Source: a virus (taxonomy: Duplodnaviria > Caudoviricetes). Taken from it: a stretch of DNA of 25,577 bases. The translations under genes were made by a program, and so were the position numbers. Below the pieces are notes generated by a model, which saw only the letters and a list, made by a program, of their open reading frames with translations, had not been told where the DNA came from and searched no databases. This document shows, in pieces, positions 9,279 to 17,016 of this stretch (positions are counted from its first letter, which is position 1; every line of letters begins with the position of its first letter). The stretch is from IMG/VR virus record IMGVR_UViG_3300022936_000027, positions 1 through 25,577 of that record, one strand, 5' to 3'.

Positions 9279-10018
9279 TAAGAGGGAATAGACTTAAATG
9301 TGCTAGCAACAAATTTGCATAGCTCGGAACGCATAATGTCTTCTTCTCCAAACTCTACGCAAAAAACACCTTGACTTCTTGCTTCTAGCGTATCGAAAGA
9401 GTTATACACCTTATCGAACGCGCTATTCTTAATATCGGACTGGTCTGGATCACCGATGATAAATGTTTTACAGTATTTACCGATACGAGTCATAAAAGTT
9501 AAAAGCTCTTTCCTAGTCATGTTCTGAGCTTCATCTAATACGATACCCTTTCTTTGCCAATCCATACCTCTTAGGAAGTTAATTGGCATTGCTGTAATTC
9601 TTTCTTCTTTATGGAGTTTCTGACTGTCATTTTTACTAATGAACATATCAATTTTATCCATAAAAGGAATCATGTAAGGTAGCATTTTCTCCTCACTTGT
9701 TCCTGGTAGGAAACCCATTTTATTATCCGAGCTTTCTACAATACTTCTAACTAAAACCAAGTCTGAGATTTTTTTATTGTTTAGTAGGGATAATAAACAA
9801 TAGATACTCAATGCTGTTTTGGAAGTTCCTGCTGGACCCTTCGCGAAAATAACTTGAGCTTCTTTCATGTGGGCTAGGTCAATAAAGCCTAGTTGTCTAT
9901 CTGTCCAAGGTAATCCCTTAAGATTAACAGGGTCTTTTAAGACTGGTTTTTGGTGGACGTAAGGAGAAGTGTCCTCGGTTTTTGTTGGGCGACTGCCGTT
10001 TCGTTGTTTGGTGGTCAT
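9278..10018 (-). CDS. phoH: PhoH-family ATPase
   Basis: GPAGTSKT, MGFLPG, FLRG, LDEAQN and GDPDQSD, ending in IMRSEL. Confidence 0.93.
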   Translation of the reverse strand: MTTKQRNGSRPTKTEDTSPYVHQKPVLKDPVNLKGLPWTDRQLGFIDLAHMKEAQVIFAKGPAGTSKTALSIYCLLSLLNNKKISDLVLVRSIVESSDNKMGFLPGTSEEKMLPYMIPFMDKIDMFISKNDSQKLHKEERITAMPINFLRGMDWQRKGIVLDEAQNMTRKELLTFMTRIGKYCKTFIIGDPDQSDIKNSAFDKVYNSFDTLEARSQGVFCVEFGEEDIMRSELCKFVASTFKSIPS

Positions 10019-10028
10019 GTAAGGTTAT

Positions 10029-10035
10029 TTACACT
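10029..10035 (-). promoter_or_regulatory. AGTGTAA motif, candidate late promoter
   Basis: 10 nt upstream of the phoH ATG. Confidence 0.5.
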
Positions 10036-10070
10036 GCTTGTTGATTTGTAGATTTGATAAAATCTATACT

Positions 10071-10100
10071 ACTATATAAAGTTTTTATTTAATAATTCAA
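10071..10100 (-). promoter_or_regulatory. possible host sigma70 promoter for the phoH-sigma operon
   Basis: TTGAAT-N18-TATAGT on the minus strand. The region is AT-rich, so a chance match is possible. Confidence 0.35.
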
Positions 10101-10108
10101 CTTTTTTC

Positions 10109-10137
10109 TTGACATGGAATACGTTTTCATGTATCTT
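10109..10137 (+). promoter_or_regulatory. sigma70 promoter, leaderless transcript
   Basis: TTGACA-N17-TATCTT, followed 6 nt later by ATG at 10144. Confidence 0.75.
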
Positions 10138-10143
10138 TGCGCT

Positions 10144-10473
10144 ATGACCGAATCAGACATTGAAAATGCAAGCCTCAGATTCCTCGATCTTTTTGAAGCG
10201 TTAACTGGAAAAGCTAATCATTTACGACCAAAACCATTAAAGGAGACTAAATTCCATGATGCATATGATTACACTCCTAGTATGCCTGCTGAATTGGACA
10301 CTTGGGAAGCTTATGAGGCAGAACAACATTACAGAGTGGAGCAATTGCTTCAAATGAAGGAAGACTATTACATTTTGGAATGCAATGCTCTTACCGACGA
10401 TGAAGCAGAAGAGTATAATAAGAAGTATTTAGATGTGTGTGAGCAAATTAGAATTGTTATGGGGGTAGTATAA
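10144..10473 (+). CDS. hypothetical acidic protein
   Basis: Start moved from 10114, which overlaps the -35 box, to 10144 (MTESDIEN...). Confidence 0.75.
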   Translation: MTESDIENASLRFLDLFEALTGKANHLRPKPLKETKFHDAYDYTPSMPAELDTWEAYEAEQHYRVEQLLQMKEDYYILECNALTDDEAEEYNKKYLDVCEQIRIVMGVV

Positions 10474-10496
10474 GAATCTTTTCTAGTAAAAAGTTC

Positions 10497-10524
10497 TTGC
10501 AATATTCCAAGTCTTTGGTATATT
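10497..10524 (+). promoter_or_regulatory. sigma70 promoter
   Basis: TTGCAA-N16-TATATT with an extended TG, 11 nt before ATG 10536. Confidence 0.6.
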
Positions 10525-10535
10525 GGTGAAAGACT

Positions 10536-10838
10536 ATGAGCAACAAGACATTTTCACTAGCCGAAATCGAAGCATTATCTGAACAGGGCAAAACCTTAGT
10601 TTATGTTTCGACTCCTACCTGCTTTCCATGTAAAGCATTAAAACCAATTGCCAAAAAAGTATGCGAGGAATTAAATATCACTTTAGTGGACGTTGACGCT
10701 ACTTATAATGAGGAGTTTTGCGCTGCTTATAACGTGAGGAAGGTTCCTACTTTAATTTTACTAGAAAAAGATAAAACAAATAAGATCAATACTGGATTCA
10801 TTAACGAAAAAGCTTTCACCGAATTTATTACTAACTAA
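10536..10838 (+). CDS. thioredoxin-family protein
   Basis: CxxC active site TCFPCK, VDVD and cis-Pro motif VRKVPTLI. Confidence 0.9.
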   Translation: MSNKTFSLAEIEALSEQGKTLVYVSTPTCFPCKALKPIAKKVCEELNITLVDVDATYNEEFCAAYNVRKVPTLILLEKDKTNKINTGFINEKAFTEFITN

Positions 10839-10839
10839 A

Positions 10840-11175
10840 ATGAGTGCATACTTTACTTGGGGCTATAAAACCCCTACATCCACCGTCCAAGCTGCTCCCG
10901 CTATCACTACGGTAGTTGCTGCGCCTAATCTTAAACCAACACAACCAGCCTCTCCTGTAGGAACTACTTTCAGAGAGCCAGTTTCTTCGACAGTTGATTT
11001 ACCTTCTGTAAGTTCTCTAGTTAAATCTATCGCTCCAGCAGAGAAGGGCGAGATTTGTGGTATTTGTAAAAAACCAAAATCTTCTTCTATCGGAAGATTG
11101 ATTTTCGCTGGAGAAAGACAAAAGTTTTTCACTGTTTGTCTGGACTGTTATATCAACGACCATAGAATCCCTTAA
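10840..11175 (+). CDS. hypothetical protein with C-terminal zinc finger
   Basis: P/T/S-rich N-terminus followed by CGIC...CLDC. Confidence 0.7.
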   Translation: MSAYFTWGYKTPTSTVQAAPAITTVVAAPNLKPTQPASPVGTTFREPVSSTVDLPSVSSLVKSIAPAEKGEICGICKKPKSSSIGRLIFAGERQKFFTVCLDCYINDHRIP

Positions 11176-11176
11176 T

Positions 11177-11389
11177 ATGAACGAGAAAATACAAGAATTA
11201 ATTGATAGAGCGGCTGTAGCGTTCGGAGAATTAAACGACTCAGAAGGTTTAGCGATTTTAGATCAAGCCGTTAATGAAATTAAAGAACTAGAAGAAGATA
11301 GTAGATTCTTAAATAAGTTACGCGAAGCTGGAGTAGATAATTGGCCGGGCTATGAGCATGGCTTTAGCGACGAGGAAGTTGAAGACTAA
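11177..11389 (+). CDS. small acidic protein with GVDNWxGY motif
   Basis: LEEDSRFLNKLREAGVDNWPGY resembles, from memory, the C-terminal part of T3-type gp5.9 proteins. Confidence 0.65.
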   Translation: MNEKIQELIDRAAVAFGELNDSEGLAILDQAVNEIKELEEDSRFLNKLREAGVDNWPGYEHGFSDEEVED

Positions 11390-11588
11390 AACTTATAGAT
11401 TCTTTTACCATTACTTTAAAGGTAAAAAGAAAATGTCTGTCCACTTTAAAAACAAGTGTTCAGTAGTGGACGAAATAAAATGTGATGTTCCATGTGAAAC
11501 AAAATGGAATAATCGTCAGCCTAAATTAGTAATGAGGGGGTTTTGTTCAGAAGTATCTATTAAAGATAATATAGCTTATATAAGATAG
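11352..11588 (+). CDS. hypothetical basic protein
   Basis: Fills the operon gap. The true start may be the TTG at 11379. Confidence 0.65.
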   Translation: MSMALATRKLKTKTYRFFYHYFKGKKKMSVHFKNKCSVVDEIKCDVPCETKWNNRQPKLVMRGFCSEVSIKDNIAYIR

Positions 11589-11740
11589 CTTATATAAGTA
11601 AGGTCTTATCATCGTTCAACTTACATAACAAACAATCTGTACATACTTAGAAAAAGCGCCAACTTATCTAGGCGGAGCCAAAATAAATATGCCCTTTACA
11701 GCATTATGATTGTAAATTTTAAGTAGCAGAATCTAAACTT

Positions 11741-12028
11741 ATGAAAGCAAAAATAGATTACGACTTAGTTGCGAAAAGAGGAGCCATTATGTTCTTTGAC
11801 TTAGACGCCCAAGAATTCGATAGTTTGCGCATCCTATTAAAGTCCGTCTTTGAGTATGGCCAATTTGCAGACGCTAAAGAAATATCTAAAGACTTAGGAA
11901 TGCAAAAAATGATTAAGGCTATTGCTGTAGAACAACAGAAAAATGAAAGCCAGCAAATTATTATTAGTCACGTCCTACCTGAACAAACCCTACCTTCATC
12001 TGGCCCCGCTGGCCCAAGCACTCTATAA
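11741..12028 (+). CDS. hypothetical protein
   Basis: 95 aa ORF with an A-rich start context, coupled to the next gene. Confidence 0.7.
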   Translation: MKAKIDYDLVAKRGAIMFFDLDAQEFDSLRILLKSVFEYGQFADAKEISKDLGMQKMIKAIAVEQQKNESQQIIISHVLPEQTLPSSGPAGPSTL

Positions 12029-12300
12029 TGAAAATTTTAATTAGCTTAGTAACCGCACTCTTACTTTCCAACTCTTTAATTGCGGAGAATCCAGTATTTC
12101 ATTCCAATGAGAATGAAAAGAATCTAGTTGTTACTCTTAATGGTAAGATCATTCAAGGGGATGAACTAAATAAAGTCCTAGAAGCTTTAAACTTCGACAG
12201 AGGAGTTCAAAAAGCTTTAGATAAAGCTTTGACCTCAAAAGTAAAAGATGATATTCGTGATCCGGGATACGGAGGAAAAGCCCCAAATTTTTTAAAATAA
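12028..12300 (+). CDS. hypothetical exported protein
   Basis: Signal-peptide-like N-terminus MKILISLVTALLLSNSLIA. Confidence 0.7.
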   Translation: MKILISLVTALLLSNSLIAENPVFHSNENEKNLVVTLNGKIIQGDELNKVLEALNFDRGVQKALDKALTSKVKDDIRDPGYGGKAPNFLK

Positions 12301-12302
12301 TT

Positions 12303-12533
12303 ATGACACTAGGAGAATTTAGCGCACTATATCCTAATAGCGAAGTTGTATTTGTAGGCATAGTAGAATATGCAGAATATGGCGAGCCGGGCCATACAAT
12401 GAAAACAGAACCTTGTGATACGCCCGAACAAGCATTAAATAATGCAAATGGGTTGGTCCTTATTAATAAGCTTTCCATCTATGATCCAGAGATTTACGTA
12501 AAGGCTAATTTGATTTGGAATAATAACAATTAA
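12303..12533 (+). CDS. hypothetical protein
   Basis: 76 aa, tightly packed in the operon. Confidence 0.65.
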   Translation: MTLGEFSALYPNSEVVFVGIVEYAEYGEPGHTMKTEPCDTPEQALNNANGLVLINKLSIYDPEIYVKANLIWNNNN

Positions 12534-12703
12534 TGAAAATCTTCTCGTATATATGCACTTTTATGACAGGCTTCACCTTAAATTCGGTGATCTGGAGGCT
12601 TGCACATAATTATCACGAGAATTTAGAGTTTGCTAGTGGAATTTTTCTAGTTAATTTAATCATACTATTCTTATGTATTAAAAACGTAAAAAAATATGAG
12701 TAA
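12533..12703 (+). CDS. small membrane protein (56 aa, not in ORF track)
   Basis: MKIFSYICTFMTGFTLNSVIWRLAHNYHENLEFASGIFLVNLIILFLCIKNVKKYE. TAATG-coupled to the previous gene, overlaps the next start, and has two hydrophobic segments. Confidence 0.65.
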   Translation: MKIFSYICTFMTGFTLNSVIWRLAHNYHENLEFASGIFLVNLIILFLCIKNVKKYE

Positions 12704-13058
12704 TTTAACGATAAAAAGAAAAAATATTGTAATAGCTAAGTTTTTTGGCTGGAGCGATGGGTCAAGTTTAACTACAGAAGGGTTTACAAATATATATAAG
12801 CCTAATGGTGCTTTGGCAGCATCTTACAAAACAGATAGTATTGAAACTTTTTGGACTAGCGTTATTCCCAACTACTTTGCAAACGCAGAAGAACTTATTT
12901 TTGCGGAAACTGCATTAAAAGTGAATGGAAAGTACGCAAGGTATAAACAAATCCTTTCCACGTTGTTACCGAATAGAGATTCCGGACCACTAGTTAATCC
13001 GCCGAATGAATTGCCGAAATATAGGGGGCAGGCGCTTTACTTAATTGCCACTTCCTAA
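12696..13058 (+). CDS. hypothetical protein, phage ABA-sandwich-like
   Basis: Pattern NIVIAKFFGW...IPNYFANAE...RGQALY. Confidence 0.6.
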   Translation: MSNLTIKRKNIVIAKFFGWSDGSSLTTEGFTNIYKPNGALAASYKTDSIETFWTSVIPNYFANAEELIFAETALKVNGKYARYKQILSTLLPNRDSGPLVNPPNELPKYRGQALYLIATS

Positions 13059-13083
13059 ACAAAAATATAAAATTTAAATTAGA

Positions 13084-13112
13084 AAACCCGCTCATTAGTA
13101 ATCTGCGGGTTT
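13084..13112 (+). terminator. hairpin, weak intrinsic terminator
   Basis: AAACCCGC-N13-GCGGGTTT in an intergenic gap, with a short U tail. Confidence 0.5.
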
Positions 13113-13116
13113 CATC

Positions 13117-13380
13117 ATGCGTATGACACTAGAAGACTTTAAAATTTGGACAAAATCCTTTAAGGTAGTTGACTATATAGAAGAGGATGTCGATAGTTCA
13201 GGGAATGAGTGGGAGACAAGGATATTCGCTTCCAAAGATGGTAAATTATATAGAGTAGATTATCTTAATGACTATCCCTTAGAAAAGTTATCTCCAAAAG
13301 GATATATCCGAGGAGAAATCCCCGAGCCAATTGAAGTAATAAAAAAAACCAGAATGGTAGAAGAAGTATATTATGAGTAA
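13117..13380 (+). CDS. hypothetical protein
   Basis: 87 aa, overlaps the next start. Confidence 0.7.
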   Translation: MRMTLEDFKIWTKSFKVVDYIEEDVDSSGNEWETRIFASKDGKLYRVDYLNDYPLEKLSPKGYIRGEIPEPIEVIKKTRMVEEVYYE

Positions 13381-13942
13381 ATTATCAGAAGAAATCGAAG
13401 AGAAAAAGAAAATCCTTATTGAACAGGAAAAGAAAAGACAAGCGGACTTTACTTCCGAGTCCCGGAAACAAGTAAATAAGGTAGTGGAGATTTTGAAGTG
13501 GTGGTTGGGAGAAGATTTCAAGGACTATAGCATTAGCTATGAGAAATATGTAATTTGGAACGGAGTACAATTTACATACGACTCTGATACTCAGATTAGC
13601 GCAACTGCATATCTACCAGCTACTCCAGACTCAAATAAGAAATGGTGTTTGCAAAATAGGAATGACTTAATTTTCTTATTGGCCGAAAAGAAAAAGGCAG
13701 AGGATGCAGTCGAAGCATACAATGCTAATAAAAAAGCGTTAAGAGAACAGCAAGACAAGGAATGGGAAGAACAGTATAAGAAAGATCATCCTTTCGCTTA
13801 CAAATTAAATAAATACTTTTACGCTGACACTCCGCAAGGCAAAGCGATTAGAATTTCTTTTATGGTTCTTGTAACTTTACTGTTTTCTGGAGTTTTTTGT
13901 TGGGTTAATTCTTTACTTAATAGAATCATTGCACTTAAATAA
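13373..13942 (+). CDS. hypothetical membrane-anchored protein
   Basis: Coiled-coil segments and a C-terminal hydrophobic helix ISFMVLVTLLFSGVFCWV. Confidence 0.75.
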   Translation: MSKLSEEIEEKKKILIEQEKKRQADFTSESRKQVNKVVEILKWWLGEDFKDYSISYEKYVIWNGVQFTYDSDTQISATAYLPATPDSNKKWCLQNRNDLIFLLAEKKKAEDAVEAYNANKKALREQQDKEWEEQYKKDHPFAYKLNKYFYADTPQGKAIRISFMVLVTLLFSGVFCWVNSLLNRIIALK

Positions 13943-13943
13943 T

Positions 13944-14333
13944 ATGAATAACAAAATAGACCCCGCTGTGGCTGCGTGGCATGAAGAACAAGAAGCCAGA
14001 TATCAATTATTAAAAAAGAAGTTTCCCGACCTAAAGAAAAATGATTGCTCTGTAATTGGATCGTACACTTATACATTTGATGGAGTGGATTATCACTTCC
14101 AACATATTTATTCTTATCAGACTGAACGACATGGGTTGTCGTCAGTGAATCACAAAAGTCCTATTAGATGGGAAATTTATAGTCTGGTTCAATTGGGGGA
14201 ATATTTAGTTCACGAAAAGGATTTAAGAGAAAAGGAGTTGCCACCATTACCTCAGTTGCCGGACCTTAGATATGAAGAAACTCCTTCATTGTGGGCATCA
14301 ATCAAAAAAGAAATATTTGGAATCCATGACTAA
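13944..14333 (+). CDS. hypothetical protein
   Basis: Start moved to ATG 13944 (MNNKIDP...), 1 nt after the upstream stop. Confidence 0.7.
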   Translation: MNNKIDPAVAAWHEEQEARYQLLKKKFPDLKKNDCSVIGSYTYTFDGVDYHFQHIYSYQTERHGLSSVNHKSPIRWEIYSLVQLGEYLVHEKDLREKELPPLPQLPDLRYEETPSLWASIKKEIFGIHD

Positions 14334-14865
14334 TAAACAAAGAGAAGAACAAGCTTTAAACGCATATAATAAAGCCGTAAGGGAAGCGCAGGAAAAAGAA
14401 AGAACTAGAATTGATCGAAGAAATCAATATCTTCTTAGTAATATTCCGGGCCTCGAATTAACGGAAGACAAAGATACTTTTGCCTACTTTGTAAGTGATG
14501 GCAAATATTATTTTTCTATCTACTTTCCTTACGATGGATATGGAGTTTCGCCCACAAGAGACGGTAACGAGTTTGAACGATACGCTATTGTCCCTAAACT
14601 TAAAGCCTATGTTAAATCAGTCTATAATGGTAATGTAAGTTACTATGATGCGGGCGGGGTAATAAATAACCTAGTTGATATGGGTCGCTATATCACTAAT
14701 ATGAGGAATTATGAGGCAAATAAAGCAGAGGTTGATGCGTGGCTAAAGAAAAGAGACGAGCATAATCAGAAATGTAAAACAGAAGCCTACTCTCCTAATA
14801 AAAGATATAAATATAGAGGCCCATTAGCAGGATTTTTTAATTGGCTAATGAAACCCATAAAATAA
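14326..14865 (+). CDS. hypothetical protein
   Basis: Start moved to ATG 14326 (MTNKQREEQ...), giving an 8-nt overlap with the upstream gene. Confidence 0.7.
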   Translation: MTNKQREEQALNAYNKAVREAQEKERTRIDRRNQYLLSNIPGLELTEDKDTFAYFVSDGKYYFSIYFPYDGYGVSPTRDGNEFERYAIVPKLKAYVKSVYNGNVSYYDAGGVINNLVDMGRYITNMRNYEANKAEVDAWLKKRDEHNQKCKTEAYSPNKRYKYRGPLAGFFNWLMKPIK

Positions 14866-14868
14866 AAT

Positions 14869-15198
14869 ATGAAAAGACTAATTACATTAATGTCCGTCTT
14901 ACTATTAAGCTTAACTTCCTTCGCGGGCCTAAAAGAAAATACTCCGACTAATAAAACTGATTCGGTCCAACAGGAAAACGAAGCACTAAAAGTAACCCTA
15001 AGATATTTTGCGGAAACTAAGGAAGCTGCGGAGGCCGGGGCAAAAGCAATGGCCGATACTATTTCCAAGAATGCCAAATTTGTTTCTCTCGAATCAAAGG
15101 AGTATGAGAGCGAAGGCAAAAAATATTGGGTCGCCAATTTGGTAGTAACATTTACTAGAGCGGATTTAATTGGTCCGGAAGAAAAGAGGTTTGACTAA
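14869..15198 (+). CDS. hypothetical exported protein
   Basis: Signal peptide MKRLITLMSVLLLSLTSFA. Confidence 0.75.
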   Translation: MKRLITLMSVLLLSLTSFAGLKENTPTNKTDSVQQENEALKVTLRYFAETKEAAEAGAKAMADTISKNAKFVSLESKEYESEGKKYWVANLVVTFTRADLIGPEEKRFD

Positions 15199-15518
15199 TG
15201 AATATTGGAGAAGAATATAAACTAAATTCGGCCATAGCGAAAAGCCAAGGTTACAAAATTGGCCCCGGCTATATAATGCATCATCTATGTTTAGTAGCGG
15301 AATTCCCACAATATACGCGCGACTTAAACCTAATGAGCTTCCTCTATAGTCAATTAAAAGAGGCGCAACAGCGCGCGGTATATTCCGAACTACTTTTTAG
15401 CGTGGCATACAAATTTGGCAATGCTCGTAAAGATGCTTACAAATATACTCACAAAGTATTAAGTTTGTCAGCTTACGAATGGGCAAAAGCCTACGTTAAA
15501 GCATTAGACCTAAAGTAA
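15198..15518 (+). CDS. hypothetical protein, phage ABA-sandwich-like
   Basis: Pattern NSAIAKSQGY...FPQYTRDLNLM...WAKAYVKAL. Confidence 0.6.
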   Translation: MNIGEEYKLNSAIAKSQGYKIGPGYIMHHLCLVAEFPQYTRDLNLMSFLYSQLKEAQQRAVYSELLFSVAYKFGNARKDAYKYTHKVLSLSAYEWAKAYVKALDLK

Positions 15519-15525
15519 AACATCT

Positions 15526-15843
15526 ATGTTTTTTGGAACCATTAGAGATAAGCGCGCAAAATGTCCGGCGTGTAAAGAAAGAATTCCCAAAAAGAACTGG
15601 TCCTTTTATAAAGTGCGCGAAGAAAGTTGTCCTTACTGTGCTTTGGCCAAAGAGTTAAAGGACGCTAAAGATAATACAGAAATGTATAAAGAAATGTATT
15701 TCAATGAAATGAAAAATACGGATGAACTCTACAGTAAGTTAGGTTTGACTTCATACTCCACCCAAAAGGAATACGCTTTAGCATACGCTGAGTTTTTAGT
15801 GGATAGTTTCAAAGGTGTTATGAAGGAAGGGATAGATGAGTAG
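15526..15843 (+). CDS. zinc-finger protein
   Basis: CPAC...CPYC followed by a helical segment. Confidence 0.7.
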   Translation: MFFGTIRDKRAKCPACKERIPKKNWSFYKVREESCPYCALAKELKDAKDNTEMYKEMYFNEMKNTDELYSKLGLTSYSTQKEYALAYAEFLVDSFKGVMKEGIDE

Positions 15844-15889
15844 AATAATTTGGAGCTAACTTAGTAAGAGTAATTCCATAAGGAACTAC

Positions 15890-15932
15890 AAAAAAAAGAA
15901 GCCCCGGATTTTTTTAAGTCCGTGGCTTTTTT
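15890..15932. terminator. bidirectional intrinsic terminator
   Basis: A-tract, stem AAGCC-C-CGGATT/AGTCCG-T-GGCTT, then a T-tract. Lies where the + and - operons converge. Confidence 0.8.
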
Positions 15933-15973
15933 GCGTTTCGCTTTTTCTGGGATTTAGTTTTTTTATTAAAATA

Positions 15974-16042
15974 GAGAATTGTTAAATACCCCCTGGCACG
16001 TTTTCTGTTTTCTCATTTTTGAGAATTCCATAAATACCCCCT
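15974..16042 (+). repeat. direct repeat GAGAATT-N2/3-TAAATACCCCCT (2 copies)
   Basis: Copies at 15974-15994 and 16021-16042. Confidence 0.75.
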
Positions 16043-16097
16043 CGCATTCGTGAGAGTGGCACGCATCATGTATGAGAAGCGTCTCTCATATATGAGA

Positions 16098-16472
16098 TTA
16101 GATACCCTCCCTTATATATAGCGCGTCCCTGGTGTATGCGCGCGCATCCATTAGACGCTTTGCTTGTGCCTGGCGTGCCTTGATTGCTTCCCCCTGGTGC
16201 GCTGCATAGTCCATCGCAAGGGAGCACTCCACAGAGCACACATTCCCCCTTTGTAACCCTCCACTAGAGAAGCTAGCGGCATGAGGGGCAGACTGTGCTA
16301 CTTGGCAGCATGGGCAGCACGCAACGAACAGGACACCACCACCTAAGCCTTGCCATCCATGCGCCTCTTTAAATGCGTAAACCCTACGCTTTGATAGATC
16401 AGTAAGGCTTAAGCCTTTAAGGTGGAGGGAAACAAGCTGCTTTGCTTTCGCTGGAATGGACGCTTTGAACAT
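16098..16472 (-). CDS. hypothetical Cys-rich protein
   Basis: Upstream element CTTATTAAATTAAA is shared with the 16946 gene. Contains CCPCC...CSVEC. Confidence 0.55.
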   Translation of the reverse strand: MFKASIPAKAKQLVSLHLKGLSLTDLSKRRVYAFKEAHGWQGLGGGVLFVACCPCCQVAQSAPHAASFSSGGLQRGNVCSVECSLAMDYAAHQGEAIKARQAQAKRLMDARAYTRDALYIREGI

Positions 16473-16509
16473 AAGATTTTAACGGGTTTAATTTAATAAG
16501 AGCTAACTT

Positions 16510-16539
16510 GCGCCCCCTAAGCCTTAGCCTAGGGGGCGC
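16510..16539 (-). other. GC-rich intercistronic hairpin
   Basis: GCGCCCCCTA...TAGGGGGCGC with no U-tract on the coding strand. Confidence 0.7.
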
Positions 16540-16550
16540 CTTGTTAACCC

Positions 16551-16946
16551 TTAGAATTCATCCAAAAGGGTTTCATCTACATCTGCACCCTCCGCTTTCG
16601 CACCCTCCACCGCATCTCCTGCGTCTGCTAGCAGACCACCCTCAGAGAGTCGCGCTTTAGCAGCCTCCTGCCGCCCGCTTGGCCCTTCCCCAAAGTTGGC
16701 TAGCTCGTCGCGTGTCATACGAAACCGCTCTTTAGACCCTACGTTCAAAGTGGATTCAAGCCACTGAGTGCAGTAATCCACAGCGGGAGCAGGGATGTTA
16801 ATCCGGGGCGCGGAGGGTGAAAGCTTGGTTGCGATAGGTGACGCTAAGGCTAAGGCTTTCACAGCCTCGAATTGGGAAAGCGCGAATTGAAATTTTTCTT
16901 CCGTATCGGCTGCAATCGTAACGTGAGCAAATGAGACTCGAATCAT
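16551..16946 (-). CDS. hypothetical protein
   Basis: 131 aa, A-rich start context, acidic C-terminus. Confidence 0.75.
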   Translation of the reverse strand: MIRVSFAHVTIAADTEEKFQFALSQFEAVKALALASPIATKLSPSAPRINIPAPAVDYCTQWLESTLNVGSKERFRMTRDELANFGEGPSGRQEAAKARLSEGGLLADAGDAVEGAKAEGADVDETLLDEF

Positions 16947-16982
16947 AGGTTTAATCTTTTTAATGGTTTTAATTTAATAAGC

Positions 16983-17005
16983 GGGAAGGGGATCGGACCC
17001 TTCCC
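16983..17005 (-). other. intercistronic hairpin
   Basis: GGGAAGGG-N7-CCCTTCCC, extendable by TAAGC/GCTTA. Confidence 0.7.
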
Positions 17006-17016
17006 ATGCTTAAGGC

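Noticed and set aside
10109-10139. Bacteroidota-type promoter (TTG-N20-TATCTTTG)
   Set aside because: It matches TAnnTTTG once, but it is also a canonical TTGACA-17-TATCTT and none of the other promoters has TAnnTTTG.
2402-15137. Shadow ORFs in the left and middle blocks (2402+, 4229-, 4732+, 4808-, 8588+, 10863-, 12149-, 13288-, 13385-, 13819-, 14787-)
   Set aside because: They lie antisense or out of frame inside better-supported genes and have no recognisable motifs.
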